Assembly: GCA_040380025.1 (NCBI GenBank)
Contig: JBEIJY010000034.1
Coordinates: 1-24,340, forward strand
From: Bdellovibrionales bacterium
GTDB lineage: Bacteria; Bdellovibrionota; UBA1018; CAIMNF01
DNA: 24,340 nucleotides
Direction of reading: 5' to 3'
Positions 15,529 through 24,340 of this stretch are shown here, in pieces (the first letter of the stretch is position 1; each line of letters begins with the position of its first letter). The position numbers were made by a program, and so were the translations under genes. The notes beneath the pieces are model-generated. The model searched no databases. It was given only the letters and a program-made list of their open reading frames with translations, and was not told the origin of the DNA.

Positions 15529-16929
15529 TCATCCTCCTAGGAGTTGCGATACAGGGTTTCCGCCCGAACCACCGAGCGTCGATTGCAGATAATTCTGCTG
15601 TCGTTGCATGTCAGAAAGGGAAGCCTGGAGCCGCGAGAACTTCGCCGTCAGGGACTCGGTCTTGCGCTCGATCGCGCGCTCTTTGTTGGCAATCGTTTCA
15701 TCGATCTGGCGGATGCGGGTTTGAATGCCCTTCTCGCGCGCGGCCATGACCCCGCTTCCGGCATCGGCGTACCCGTCCATGACTGTCTTGAGCTGGGAGG
15801 CAAGGCCCTGGTCTCCCGAGATCGACTCGGCGACCCCCTCGAAGTCGGTCTCGAGCATCTTCTGGAGCCGGTCTTCTTTGAGCGTGATCACGCCCTTTTT
15901 GTCGAATTCGATTCCGAGCTCTCCGAGGTGATAAATGACCGGGTCCCCATCCGGGGTCTCGCGCGCAAGGAACCCCTCGTGCATGAGGTTCCGGAGCCGG
16001 AACTCGATGTTCTGCAAGCTCGTGTCGCCGGCGAAGGTCGTGCGGGTGTCGGAGCTTTCGTTCACCTGGTTTTGCTTGTTGATGAACTCGAGCACGCCGT
16101 TCATGCCCTCGACGACGCGTTTGACCTTTTCGACGACCTTCGGATAGTCGGCCTTCACGTTCATGGTGAACTTCTGGCCGGGCTTCGCCTGCCGCAGCTG
16201 AACCCCCACCCCTTGCAGAAAATCGGGATTGTCGTTGCTCGGAAGCTCGACCTCGAATCCGTCGACTTCAAGAAGGGCGTTTTTCGCGCCCTTGTCGCGC
16301 TCGATGAAGATCTCCTCTTCGCCGTCGGTAAAATAAAGCTGCGGGAACTGCACCTCGTTTTCGTTTCCGTCTTTTTTTGCCGAGATCACGAGCCGGTACG
16401 GCCGCTCGGTGTCGGTCACGTCCTTCAGCACGGTGGCCTTCACGGGCCCTTCGGGAATGGCGTTGATCTTCGCCGCGATTCCGTACAAGGAGGAATCGTT
16501 CTCGGTGACATACACCTGCTTGGTCGATCCGTCGGGAAGGTCGAAGTTGATGTAGCCCACCCCGAGAATCTTGCGGTTCGGATCGCTGAATCCGTTCGAG
16601 ATCATCGAGGAGCGCTCCGCGAGCTCCTTCACCTCGACCTCCCAGCTTCCGGCCTGGGCTTTTTCTTTGTCGATGGTGACGCTCATGACGTTCGCGCCGT
16701 CACCGAGCTCGGCCTTGAGTTCCTTGAACTTGTTGAAGCCGATCATCGAGGAGAGCGAGCTTCGAAGGGTGTTGAATTTGGATTTGAAATCGCCGAAGAG
16801 TTTCAGGCGTGAGTTTTCGTTCTCTTTGCGCTTCTCAAGCGCCTTCAGAGGCTGCTTCTCGGCCTCGATGATCGCGCTCAGCGCATTCTTGAATTGACCA
16901 CCACCCATCGGGTCGAAACGTAAACCCAC
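15529..16929 (-). CDS. fliD: Flagellar filament capping protein FliD
   Basis: N-terminal IIEAEKQPL..LE coiled coil, AKNALLEVDG, LGELGIEFDKKG.ITL, C-terminal LTAKFSRLQASLSDMQRQQNYL. Directly upstream of fliS; GGAGG SD. Confidence 0.93.
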   Translation of the reverse strand: MGLRFDPMGGGQFKNALSAIIEAEKQPLKALEKRKENENSRLKLFGDFKSKFNTLRSSLSSMIGFNKFKELKAELGDGANVMSVTIDKEKAQAGSWEVEVKELAERSSMISNGFSDPNRKILGVGYINFDLPDGSTKQVYVTENDSSLYGIAAKINAIPEGPVKATVLKDVTDTERPYRLVISAKKDGNENEVQFPQLYFTDGEEEIFIERDKGAKNALLEVDGFEVELPSNDNPDFLQGVGVQLRQAKPGQKFTMNVKADYPKVVEKVKRVVEGMNGVLEFINKQNQVNESSDTRTTFAGDTSLQNIEFRLRNLMHEGFLARETPDGDPVIYHLGELGIEFDKKGVITLKEDRLQKMLETDFEGVAESISGDQGLASQLKTVMDGYADAGSGVMAAREKGIQTRIRQIDETIANKERAIERKTESLTAKFSRLQASLSDMQRQQNYLQSTLGGSGGNPVSQLLGG

Positions 16930-16976
16930 CGATTGAGATCCTCCCTGACCTCACTTTCATTTTCGCGGGTTCCCGC

Positions 16977-17750
16977 TCAAATTCCAAGAAAATTGCGCCT
17001 TTTGATCGAATCTTTTGATCCGTCGGGCCCCGCCTCGTAGTACAGGAATTGACGGTGGGCCGGGGGATAGCCCATGTTCCAGTAAAAGCCGCCCCATTCG
17101 TCAAGATCGTGACAATGCCCGAGCACCACAAAGTCGGCTCCTTGGTGGTGGAGCGCTTGCGCATGATTGCGGAACTTCGAACGCAGGCGGGAGCGATCGG
17201 CCTCGGGCATGGTTTCGGGCAAATCGGCGTTTTTTTGATCGACGCTTCGGGCGAGAAGCGCGCCGGCGGCTTCGATCGCGCTTCCCGGAAGGGCCGCCAC
17301 CAATTTTTGCGCGAAAGGCGAGCGGAACAATGCTCTCATCTTCAGATACGCCCGATCCTCGCGATCGACGAGGTCGCCGTGTTCGATGCGGATCCGGAGC
17401 GTGGCGCCGCTGGCACCCCTCACATCGAGATCGACCGCATCGCCATGAATCCGGACCGCGTCGGGGAACAGCCCCCGAAGATGGAAGTCATGATTGCCCT
17501 CGATGTAATCGACCCGCACTCCTCGTGCGATCAAAGCCTCGATTTTTTGAAAGAACGGGGCAAAGCGATTTTGAAAGCGGATGGAACTCCCGATCAGGAG
17601 TTCGAAAATATCACCCGCGAGGATCACAGCATCGCCGGATCGGGCCGGTTCGTCCAAAGTCCGAAGAAATGATCTTCCGAAGGGAGAATCAAGGCAGGTC
17701 AGATGGAGATCTGAAAAGATCCATACTCGGCGGAGCCTGGCTGAGGTCAT
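16977..17750 (-). CDS. lpxH: UDP-2,3-diacylglucosamine diphosphatase (LpxH-like calcineurin-type metallophosphoesterase)
   Basis: Motifs SDLH, GDIFE, GNHD, HGD, GHCH and an LpxH-type lid (DRAYLKMRALFRSP). It has GNHD, whereas E. coli LpxH has GNRD. Confidence 0.75.
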   Translation of the reverse strand: MTSARLRRVWIFSDLHLTCLDSPFGRSFLRTLDEPARSGDAVILAGDIFELLIGSSIRFQNRFAPFFQKIEALIARGVRVDYIEGNHDFHLRGLFPDAVRIHGDAVDLDVRGASGATLRIRIEHGDLVDREDRAYLKMRALFRSPFAQKLVAALPGSAIEAAGALLARSVDQKNADLPETMPEADRSRLRSKFRNHAQALHHQGADFVVLGHCHDLDEWGGFYWNMGYPPAHRQFLYYEAGPDGSKDSIKRRNFLGI

Positions 17751-17793
17751 GGTCTTGTGATCATAAACCAGAACGCTAAAAACCCAAACCGCC

Positions 17794-18165
17794 TCATGCC
17801 TTCTGATCGAGGATCCGCCCGGACTTGGCGCCGGATGCGGCCGCCTCGCGAAGCTTCAGGAACTCCTCGCCCGAGACCGATCGAAGCACTCCCCCGCTCG
17901 CGTCTTTCAGCACCACCCGAAGCCCGGGGCCGTTCCCCTCGGTACTGGCGGTGATTCCATGCTCTTGATGGGCGGTGTCTCCGTCAAACCCGACCACTGC
18001 GGCCTCGACATCCTCCGGGCTTGCCTCTTTGTCGGTTTCGGATTGATCCTTCTTTTTTTGCTGGCGCTCGTAGGCATTCGAGCCGGCCCCGCCCTGCTTG
18101 TCTTGATTGGTCTCGGCGATTTTACCGAATAAGGGGTTCACCATGGGGTAAGTGTTGATCTTCAT
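17794..18165 (-). CDS. flaG: FlaG-like flagellar protein
   Basis: ATG 18165 with GGAG SD. C-terminus RVVLKDASGGVLRSVSGEEFLKL...GRILDQKA resembles the FlaG pattern (V.V.D..TGEVIRQIP.EE.L...G...D..A). Lies upstream of fliD behind a sigma28 promoter. Confidence 0.65.
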   Translation of the reverse strand: MKINTYPMVNPLFGKIAETNQDKQGGAGSNAYERQQKKKDQSETDKEASPEDVEAAVVGFDGDTAHQEHGITASTEGNGPGLRVVLKDASGGVLRSVSGEEFLKLREAAASGAKSGRILDQKA

Positions 18166-18181
18166 ACTGTCTCCACCCAAC

Positions 18182-18208
18182 CTATCGGCAGGAGAGCCGA
18201 TCCGGTTA
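18182..18208 (-). promoter_or_regulatory. Sigma28 (FliA) promoter
   Basis: Minus strand TAAC-N15-GCCGATAG versus consensus TAAA-N15-GCCGATAA; 16 nt upstream of the flaG-like ATG. Confidence 0.8.
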
Positions 18209-18306
18209 AGGGGATCGATACAGATCAAGAGCGGTCCCGGACCGGAAGAATTAAACTAAATGATTTCAATTACTTAGATCACGAACTCCAGCATCCTCAA
18301 ATCAAT

Positions 18307-18336
18307 TTGACAAGATGCGCTAATTCTTGATAGTAT
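18307..18336 (+). promoter_or_regulatory. Sigma70 promoter for the GWNN-repeat lipoprotein
   Basis: TTGACA-18 bp-TAGTAT with TG extension, then GGAG SD at 18349-18352 and ATG 18358. Confidence 0.6.
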
Positions 18337-18357
18337 CGCTCCGATTTTGGAGTTTTT

Positions 18358-19551
18358 ATGAAGAGAAAAAATCTTTTGTTCATCGTGCTTGGATTCGTGG
18401 CCGCCATCGCCACCGGTTGTGCGGACAACACCTTCAACCCGAACACACAGCTTCGCCAGGGAGCGTTCAACGGCGTGAACGGCTGGAATAATGGTTGGAA
18501 CAACGGCTGGAACAATAACGGTTGGAATAATGGCTGGAACAACAACGGCTGGAATCAAGCGAACAACCCGAACGCCTATGTGAATCCGTACTTCGCAAAC
18601 TATCCGGCATACTGCCAGGGCAATGCGGGATTCCGGTTTCAGTTTCAGCTTCAGGCGCAGGCGATGTGGAACATGCAGGCCAACTCCTCGCTCTTTTGCA
18701 ATCAAGGCAATTTCGGCTGGATGAATCGGTGCATGCCGGCATTCACCCCCACCCGCTGTGCGTGCTACGTGGCTCCTTGCGATTGTGAACGGGTCGTAAA
18801 AAAATACTCGGAGTACTACTATTACCGCCATTCGAGTGGTGGTGGTGGTGGTGGCCATCAAGATGATGACAACAGCAATGACAATGGCAACCAGAAAAAT
18901 GAATATGAAAACACAAAAAATGGGGGCAACAACAAACCAGCCGATCAAGAGGCAGTGATCGTCCCCGCCGCAACTGTGCTTCAGAATCAAGATGCGAAGG
19001 AACTTTTTCTTCGGCTTGAGGGTCAAGTTCTCAAAGAAGAAATCAAACGCGAAAATGACCATTACTTGATCTACGGCAAGCACTATTACTGTTACGCGGC
19101 GATGAAAAGCGAGAATCCGAGTGAAAAGAATTTCAAAGACCGTGACCAGAAGCACTTTCGTTGTGAGTTCAATCTGGATCTCGACGAAGGGGTGGTTCTT
19201 GAGCAGACGATTTCAACGGACGACCCCGCTCAGCCCATGAAGAGCAATCTCTCGGGACCCATGATGACCACAACAGACATCAATCAGCGGCAGTACTCTT
19301 CGGGCACATCGGTTTTGAAGATTGAGGGCGCTGTGGCGATCGTGACTCTTAAGGATTACGATCAGGAAAAGGCAAAGAAAGCGTTTGATAAGCTTTGTAA
19401 TGAAGCTAATGCCACTGAAGCCAACGGAGAAACCCTGCGAATCAAGAAAATCACGGTTGCTGGGAAGGACTCCTACGAAATCGAGATGCGCTTCAAGGTC
19501 ATCAACGGCGAGGCGATTCCTGTTTCGGATTGGGGCGAATCAGAGAGCTGA
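18358..19551 (+). CDS. Putative lipoprotein with GWNN repeats, Cys-rich segment, Gly/Asn/Asp linker and an unknown C-terminal domain
   Basis: MKRK + hydrophobic stretch + lipobox-like ATG|C. GWNN(N) repeats, CACYVAPCDC, SSGGGGGG. Good promoter and SD. Confidence 0.85.
   Translation: MKRKNLLFIVLGFVAAIATGCADNTFNPNTQLRQGAFNGVNGWNNGWNNGWNNNGWNNGWNNNGWNQANNPNAYVNPYFANYPAYCQGNAGFRFQFQLQAQAMWNMQANSSLFCNQGNFGWMNRCMPAFTPTRCACYVAPCDCERVVKKYSEYYYYRHSSGGGGGGHQDDDNSNDNGNQKNEYENTKNGGNNKPADQEAVIVPAATVLQNQDAKELFLRLEGQVLKEEIKRENDHYLIYGKHYYCYAAMKSENPSEKNFKDRDQKHFRCEFNLDLDEGVVLEQTISTDDPAQPMKSNLSGPMMTTTDINQRQYSSGTSVLKIEGAVAIVTLKDYDQEKAKKAFDKLCNEANATEANGETLRIKKITVAGKDSYEIEMRFKVINGEAIPVSDWGESES
18481..18558 (+). 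repeat. Six imperfect in-frame tandem repeats encoding GWN(N)(N)
   Basis: ggY tgg aaY aaY (aac) units with synonymous variation between copies; the last unit reads GWNQ. Confidence 0.95.
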
Positions 19552-20475
19552 TCCGCCCTGATTCCGAGATTTCCATCTTCGATGGCTCCACAGCCAGTCC
19601 TGTGGGGCCATTTTGATTTGTGCCTCCAACCGCTCCGAATACCGCTGAATCAGGGCAAGCGCGCGACCGGCTTGATCCGCAGAAATGCGATGCACCCTCG
19701 CGATCCGCTCGATTTGCTCGCGGTCTGATTCCGAGAATCCACCCTCCGGAGGCTCTGTCGAGAGCACCTCGGCCCCCCACTCGAACTGCGAGCGACCGAT
19801 CCGCCTCATCCATCCCCAAATCGGCGTTAGCCCGAGCTGGACGGTAAGAATCCCGGGCCCGGGCACGACAAAAGTCTTTTGACCCAAAAACACGACCTCG
19901 AAGGCCTTTTCGTAATCATGCGGGGCCTGATCCGACAAAAGACCGAGCAGATAGGGCCGTCCCTGATGCTCCTTCAGCGCCCGTCGAACCCGCATCATGG
20001 GCACAAGCTTCATTCCAAAGCGCTCGCGCGAAGTCACGATCGCCTCGTTCATGCGCTTTGAGCTCAGGGGCTTGTACACGCCGTAACACAGATGCTCGAA
20101 GTCGAGCGCAAGCGACTGGGCCAAAAACTCCCAGTTCGCGAGGTGGCTCGAGATGCCGGCGATATTCACCTGCTTTTGCCAAAGATCACGCGCAAGATCT
20201 CCGCTCACAAAGCGGATTCTCGAACGAAGCTCCTCCTCGCTCATGGTGAAGGCCTTCAAGGTCTCGATCAGGGTGTCGGCAAAGTTCCGGTAAAAGAGCC
20301 GCTCGATCCGGGCGCGCTCGATTTCGGATTTTTCAGGAAAGGCCAAGGCCAGATTCTCGCGGACGACCTTCCGGCGGTAGCGAAGTCCGGAATACAAAAC
20401 CAAGAAGATTCCGTCCGAGACCCGGTGCAAAACCGAAAACGGAAGCCTGGAAAAAAGATTCAGCAGCGCGATCAT
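19540..20475 (-). CDS. Lipid A late acyltransferase family (LpxL/HtrB/MsbB-like lysophospholipid acyltransferase)
   Basis: YRRKVVRENLALAFPEKS, catalytic H-x4-E (HLANWE), VYKPL, LLSDQ, FLGQ, C-terminal PQDWLWSHRRWK. Start reassigned to ATG 20475. Confidence 0.9.
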   Translation of the reverse strand: MIALLNLFSRLPFSVLHRVSDGIFLVLYSGLRYRRKVVRENLALAFPEKSEIERARIERLFYRNFADTLIETLKAFTMSEEELRSRIRFVSGDLARDLWQKQVNIAGISSHLANWEFLAQSLALDFEHLCYGVYKPLSSKRMNEAIVTSRERFGMKLVPMMRVRRALKEHQGRPYLLGLLSDQAPHDYEKAFEVVFLGQKTFVVPGPGILTVQLGLTPIWGWMRRIGRSQFEWGAEVLSTEPPEGGFSESDREQIERIARVHRISADQAGRALALIQRYSERLEAQIKMAPQDWLWSHRRWKSRNQGGSAL

Positions 20476-20480
20476 GGCTT

Positions 20481-20855
20481 TTATTTTCCCGCCGGACAAA
20501 ACCCGGGTCTCGGGCCGATTTTGGGGAAAGTGCGGCATACCTCGGGGCGGTTCTCGTACACCGTGCACCGACGGGTTTTTTCGTCCAGAAAGTAGCAATC
20601 GCGGCCCCGCTTCTGCTCGACGATAAAAACCCCCGTTTTCGAGAAGAAATCGCGAATGACGCCTTCTTTTTGAAGCCGCTTGGCGGCCTTTTTCAGCGAG
20701 GTCGCCGCCTCGTCCTCGGTCAGTACCCCGAGCCGGATCAAATCATAGGCGCTCACCTCGAGCGGAAGCGTACAACACCCCGCAAAACAGCCCTCGCAAA
20801 GGCCTTTGCGGAAGGGCTTCCAGGTGCTCGGTATTTGGGGGTCCGGTCGCTTCAT
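20481..20855 (-). CDS. YkgJ-family cysteine-cluster (CxxCxx(x)CC) metal-binding protein
   Basis: CEGCFAGCC...CYFLD...CTVYENRPEVCRTFP. Confidence 0.9.
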   Translation of the reverse strand: MKRPDPQIPSTWKPFRKGLCEGCFAGCCTLPLEVSAYDLIRLGVLTEDEAATSLKKAAKRLQKEGVIRDFFSKTGVFIVEQKRGRDCYFLDEKTRRCTVYENRPEVCRTFPKIGPRPGFCPAGK

Positions 20856-20935
20856 ATGCCTTCTACCCTACCATCAATCCGGCCCTGAAAACACTTGCCG
20901 ATCGGGGGCGGTTCATGACGTAATGGGGAGCGATC

Positions 20936-21487
20936 ATGAGGGCATGCTGGGTTTTCATTTTAGGCGCGATTCTGGGCTCCCTTGCTACTTCTTTCGCCCA
21001 TGCCCAGTGCGCCGATCCGTTACCCCCATCGCGCCCGGGAGAACTTCGAAAGCCCGTCCTCTCACCCATTCTGGGATGCGAACGTCCCTTTGTGTACCGC
21101 GGAGAAACTTATTCCGTCGACTCACCCCAATCCCAAGACGCCTCGGTTCTTCGTTCGTTCGTGCGCGAGGTGCCCGAGGCCGAAGCCCACCTGAAGCGCT
21201 ATCAGGAACGACGTGAGCTGAGTCGAGTCAGCGCCTACACCGGCACGGTCGGAATTGCCATGATCCTGATCGCGAACACCTTCATGAGCCATCTGGATTC
21301 ATCGAGATACCCCATCAAGACCGTACTCCAGCTCGGAGGCCTGGGCCTGACCGCAGGGGGGTTTTTGTACAGTTTTTCGCTTCTTCGCGCGAACGAAGCG
21401 CTGATTCCCAAAGCCGTCGACTCGTGGAACGCGGCCCGGCCCGCCGATCCGATCGAGCTGAAGTTTCAAGCCGGATGGAGCTTTTGA
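20936..21487 (+). CDS. Secreted or membrane hypothetical protein
   Basis: Signal peptide ending AHA|Q, two Gly-rich hydrophobic helices, C-terminal KFQAGWSF. GGAG SD upstream. Confidence 0.8.
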   Translation: MRACWVFILGAILGSLATSFAHAQCADPLPPSRPGELRKPVLSPILGCERPFVYRGETYSVDSPQSQDASVLRSFVREVPEAEAHLKRYQERRELSRVSAYTGTVGIAMILIANTFMSHLDSSRYPIKTVLQLGGLGLTAGGFLYSFSLLRANEALIPKAVDSWNAARPADPIELKFQAGWSF

Positions 21488-21490
21488 CCC

Positions 21491-24340
21491 ATGCCGAGAC
21501 GCCCGGACCTGAAAAAAATCCTCCTGATCGGAAGCGGTCCGATTCAAATCGGACAAGCCTGTGAGTTCGACTACTCCGGCACCCAGGCCATCAAGGCACT
21601 GAAAGAAGAAGGCTACACGGTCGTGCTCGTGAACTCGAACCCCGCGACGATCATGACCGATCCGGGCCTTGCCGACCGGGTGTATATCGAGCCGCTCACC
21701 GTGCCGACTCTCGAAGAAATCATCCGCAAAGAAAAGCCCGATGCGATTCTGCCGACCATGGGAGGCCAGACCGCCCTGAATCTCGCCTTGGGGCTTCACA
21801 AAAGCGGCGTGCTCGAACGGTATCAGGTCGAGATTCTGGGAGCCTCGCCCGAGGTCATCCATCGCGCCGAGGACCGGGAGACGTTCAAAAAAACGATGGA
21901 CTCGATCGGAGTCGAGAGCGCGCGCTCTGCGACCGCATGCTCCCTCGAGGACGGAAAGCGAATTCTCCGCGAGCTCGGACTGCCGCTGATTCTCAGGCCT
22001 TCGTTCACCCTGGGCGGCGAGGGCGGCGGATTGATCGCAAGCGAAGAGGAGTTTCATGAAAAGCTCCAGCGCGCGCTGTTTCTGTCTCCCACCTCGTCCT
22101 GCCTGATCGAAGAGAGTCTTCTGGGCTGGAAGGAGTTCGAGCTCGAGGTCGTGCGCGACCGGAACGACAATGTGGTGATCGTCTGCTCGATCGAGAACCT
22201 CGACCCAATGGGCGTGCACACGGGCGACTCGATCACGATCGCTCCGGCCCAGACCCTGACCGACAAGGAGTTCCAGAATCTCCGGAACCAGGCAATCCGG
22301 ATCATCCGCGCCATCGGCGTCGAAACCGGCGGGAGCAACATTCAATTTGCGATCCACCCCGAAACGGGTCGCGTGATCGTGATCGAGATGAACCCGAGGG
22401 TCTCGCGCTCTTCGGCGCTCGCATCGAAAGCGACGGGGTTTCCGATCGCACGGGTCGCGGCGAAGCTCGCCGTGGGCTACACGCTCGATGAGCTCAAAAA
22501 CGACATCACCGGTACGACTCCCGCCTCGTTCGAGCCCAGCATCGATTATGTCGTGACCAAGATCCCCCGCTTTGATTTCGAAAAATTCAAACAGGCCGAC
22601 CCCGAACTCGGCACCCAGATGAAATCCGTGGGCGAGGTCATGGCGCTCGGACGCGACTTCGAGGAATCGTTTTTGAAAGCCCTTGCGAGTACCGAGCGGG
22701 CGCAAAGCTGGCTTGCGCCGCTGCCCGATGGGCGGATTCATTGGGAGCGGATCGAGCGCGCGCATCCCGACCGGATTTTTGCCATTGCCGATGCCATCGC
22801 AAAAGGCGCCTCGCTTGCCGAAATTCACGAGCGATCGAGAATCGATCCGTGGTTTTTGGACCGGATCGAAGGAATCATCCGGATTCAGAGCGAGATCGAA
22901 CGGGCGAGCTTTCCGTTCGATGCCGGTTTTTTTTCGCAGATCAAACGCACGGGCTTCAGCGATCTTTCGATCGCCGCCCTGAAACAAATTCCCGAGCACG
23001 AGGTGCGTGCCGCCCGCGAACAACTCGGACTCTTCCCCACTTACCACCCTGTCGACACCTGCGCGGGCGAGTTCGCGGCAAAAACTCCGTTTTGGTACTC
23101 GAGCTACCAGGGGACCCTGAATGAATCCGAGCCCTCATCCAACCCCCGCAAGGTGATGATTCTGGGCTCCGGCCCGAACCGGATCGGCCAGGGAATCGAG
23201 TTTGATTACTCCTGTGTTCATGCCGCGATGGCCCTCCGCGAGATGGGGTACGAGACCATCATGGTGAACTGCAACCCCGAAACGGTCAGCACCGACTTTG
23301 ACATCTCGGACCGGCTGTATTTTGAACCCCTGACCGCTGAATCGGTGCTGAACATCGCGCGTATTGAAAAACCTCAGGGTGTGATCGTGCAGCTCGGAGG
23401 CCAGACGCCGCTGAAGCTCGCACGCGCTCTCGAAGAGGGCGGACTTCCGATTCTGGGCACCACGACCGCGAGCATCGATCTTGCCGAGGATCGCAAGCAG
23501 TTTGACGAGCTCGTGCGCGATATTCTTCCGTACCGCCTGAGGCAACCCGAGTCCGCGATCGTGAAAACCCGCGAGGAAGCGATCCGAAAGGGGCTTCAGC
23601 TCGGGTTTCCTCTTTTGCTTCGCCCCTCGTTCGTGCTGGGCGGAAGAGGCATGAAGATCATCCGTTCCGAAGCGGCACTTCGCGAGTTTGTCGACGAGGC
23701 GATTCACGCTTCCGGAAGCCATCCGGTGCTGATGGATCGGTTTTTGGATCGCGCGATCGAGGTCGACGTCGATGCTCTTTCGGACGGCGAGACCACCCTG
23801 ATTGCCGGAATTCTCGAGCACATCGAAGAGGCGGGAATCCACTCGGGCGACAGCGCCTCATGCCTTCCTCCGCAGTCGCTTCCGAGGAACATCATCGACC
23901 GGATTCGCACCTACACGCGCATTCTCGGGCGAAAGCTCAAGGTGAAGGGTCTCATGAACGCGCAATTCGCCGTCTCGGGCGATGAGATTTATCTGCTCGA
24001 GGTGAACCCCCGGGCCTCACGCACGGCACCGTTTGTGAGCAAGGCGGTTGGCACTCCGGTGATCAAGATCGCGGTCGGGGTCATGCTCGGCAAGACCCTG
24101 CCGGAACTCGGATTCACGCGCGATTTTGATCGCACGCTTGAAGTATATCACGTGAAGGCACCGGTGTTTCCGTTTCATAAATTCCCGAATGTCGACCCGG
24201 TCCTCGGCCCCGAGATGAAGTCCACGGGCGAGGTGATGGGGCGGGCGAAGACCTTTCCGGTGGCGTATCAAAAGGCGCTCGAAGGGGCGGGCATTCGTCT
24301 TCCCCACAAGGGCAAGGTGTTCATCTCGGTCCGGAACGAA
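21491..24340 (+). CDS. carB: Carbamoyl-phosphate synthase large subunit (3' truncated by the window)
   Basis: Not in the ORF track because it runs off the end. Hand translation [33 protein letters not shown]; second half [27 protein letters not shown]. The last codons ([13 protein letters not shown]) are in frame with ATG 21491. Confidence 0.98.
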   Translation, partial: MPRRPDLKKILLIGSGPIQIGQACEFDYSGTQAIKALKEEGYTVVLVNSNPATIMTDPGLADRVYIEPLTVPTLEEIIRKEKPDAILPTMGGQTALNLALGLHKSGVLERYQVEILGASPEVIHRAEDRETFKKTMDSIGVESARSATACSLEDGKRILRELGLPLILRPSFTLGGEGGGLIASEEEFHEKLQRALFLSPTSSCLIEESLLGWKEFELEVVRDRNDNVVIVCSIENLDPMGVHTGDSITIAPAQTLTDKEFQNLRNQAIRIIRAIGVETGGSNIQFAIHPETGRVIVIEMNPRVSRSSALASKATGFPIARVAAKLAVGYTLDELKNDITGTTPASFEPSIDYVVTKIPRFDFEKFKQADPELGTQMKSVGEVMALGRDFEESFLKALASTERAQSWLAPLPDGRIHWERIERAHPDRIFAIADAIAKGASLAEIHERSRIDPWFLDRIEGIIRIQSEIERASFPFDAGFFSQIKRTGFSDLSIAALKQIPEHEVRAAREQLGLFPTYHPVDTCAGEFAAKTPFWYSSYQGTLNESEPSSNPRKVMILGSGPNRIGQGIEFDYSCVHAAMALREMGYETIMVNCNPETVSTDFDISDRLYFEPLTAESVLNIARIEKPQGVIVQLGGQTPLKLARALEEGGLPILGTTTASIDLAEDRKQFDELVRDILPYRLRQPESAIVKTREEAIRKGLQLGFPLLLRPSFVLGGRGMKIIRSEAALREFVDEAIHASGSHPVLMDRFLDRAIEVDVDALSDGETTLIAGILEHIEEAGIHSGDSASCLPPQSLPRNIIDRIRTYTRILGRKLKVKGLMNAQFAVSGDEIYLLEVNPRASRTAPFVSKAVGTPVIKIAVGVMLGKTLPELGFTRDFDRTLEVYHVKAPVFPFHKFPNVDPVLGPEMKSTGEVMGRAKTFPVAYQKALEGAGIRLPHKGKVFISVRNE

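Noticed and set aside
15544..16812. 422-aa plus-strand ORF
   Set aside because: Antisense to fliD, with no recognisable motifs.
18481..18558. Repeat as a CRISPR array or as a radical-SAM RiPP (W-x-N cyclophane) precursor
   Set aside because: Units are 12-15 bp, in frame, with no spacers and no cas genes. No radical SAM/SPASM enzyme is in the window, and the repeat sits in a 397-aa lipoprotein rather than a short precursor.
18274..19155. 293-aa and 82-aa minus-strand ORFs with IVPA/LFQP repeats
   Set aside because: Antisense readings of the GWNN repeat gene; the plus strand has the promoter, SD, lipobox and synonymous-only repeat variation.
21299..23047. 582-aa minus-strand ORF (also 23135..23842)
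   Set aside because: Antisense shadow of carB, which is clearly recognisable on the plus strand; long shadow ORFs are expected with high GC3.

Overview
A 24.3 kb, GC-rich, gene-dense bacterial chromosomal window. Gene content and the short secreted hypotheticals suggest a Bdellovibrionota-like or deltaproteobacterial organism (inference only). Left to right: (1) a tandem array of at least three paralogous signal-peptide proteins (<1-3208, minus strand); one has an apparently intact PD-(D/E)xK nuclease motif and one appears to have lost it; (2) two divergent secreted hypotheticals; (3) a plus-strand run encoding a PhoB-like regulator, a PhoR-like kinase with no sensor domain, a LolD/MacB-type ATPase, an 867-aa double-FtsX permease, a LolA-like periplasmic protein and a predicted outer-membrane beta-barrel; (4) a minus-strand late-flagellar cluster behind a good sigma28 promoter: flaG-like, lpxH-like, fliD, fliS, fliT-position gene, TPR protein, a 51-aa small ORF missing from the ORF track, and a degenerate GT9 heptosyltransferase-like gene; (5) a lipoprotein with GWNN repeats and a Cys-rich segment; (6) a YkgJ-type Cys-cluster gene with a lipid A acyltransferase, a secreted hypothetical, and carB (truncated by the window edge). 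I saw no RNA genes, CRISPR arrays or mobile elements. All family calls come from motif recognition by eye; no database searches were run.
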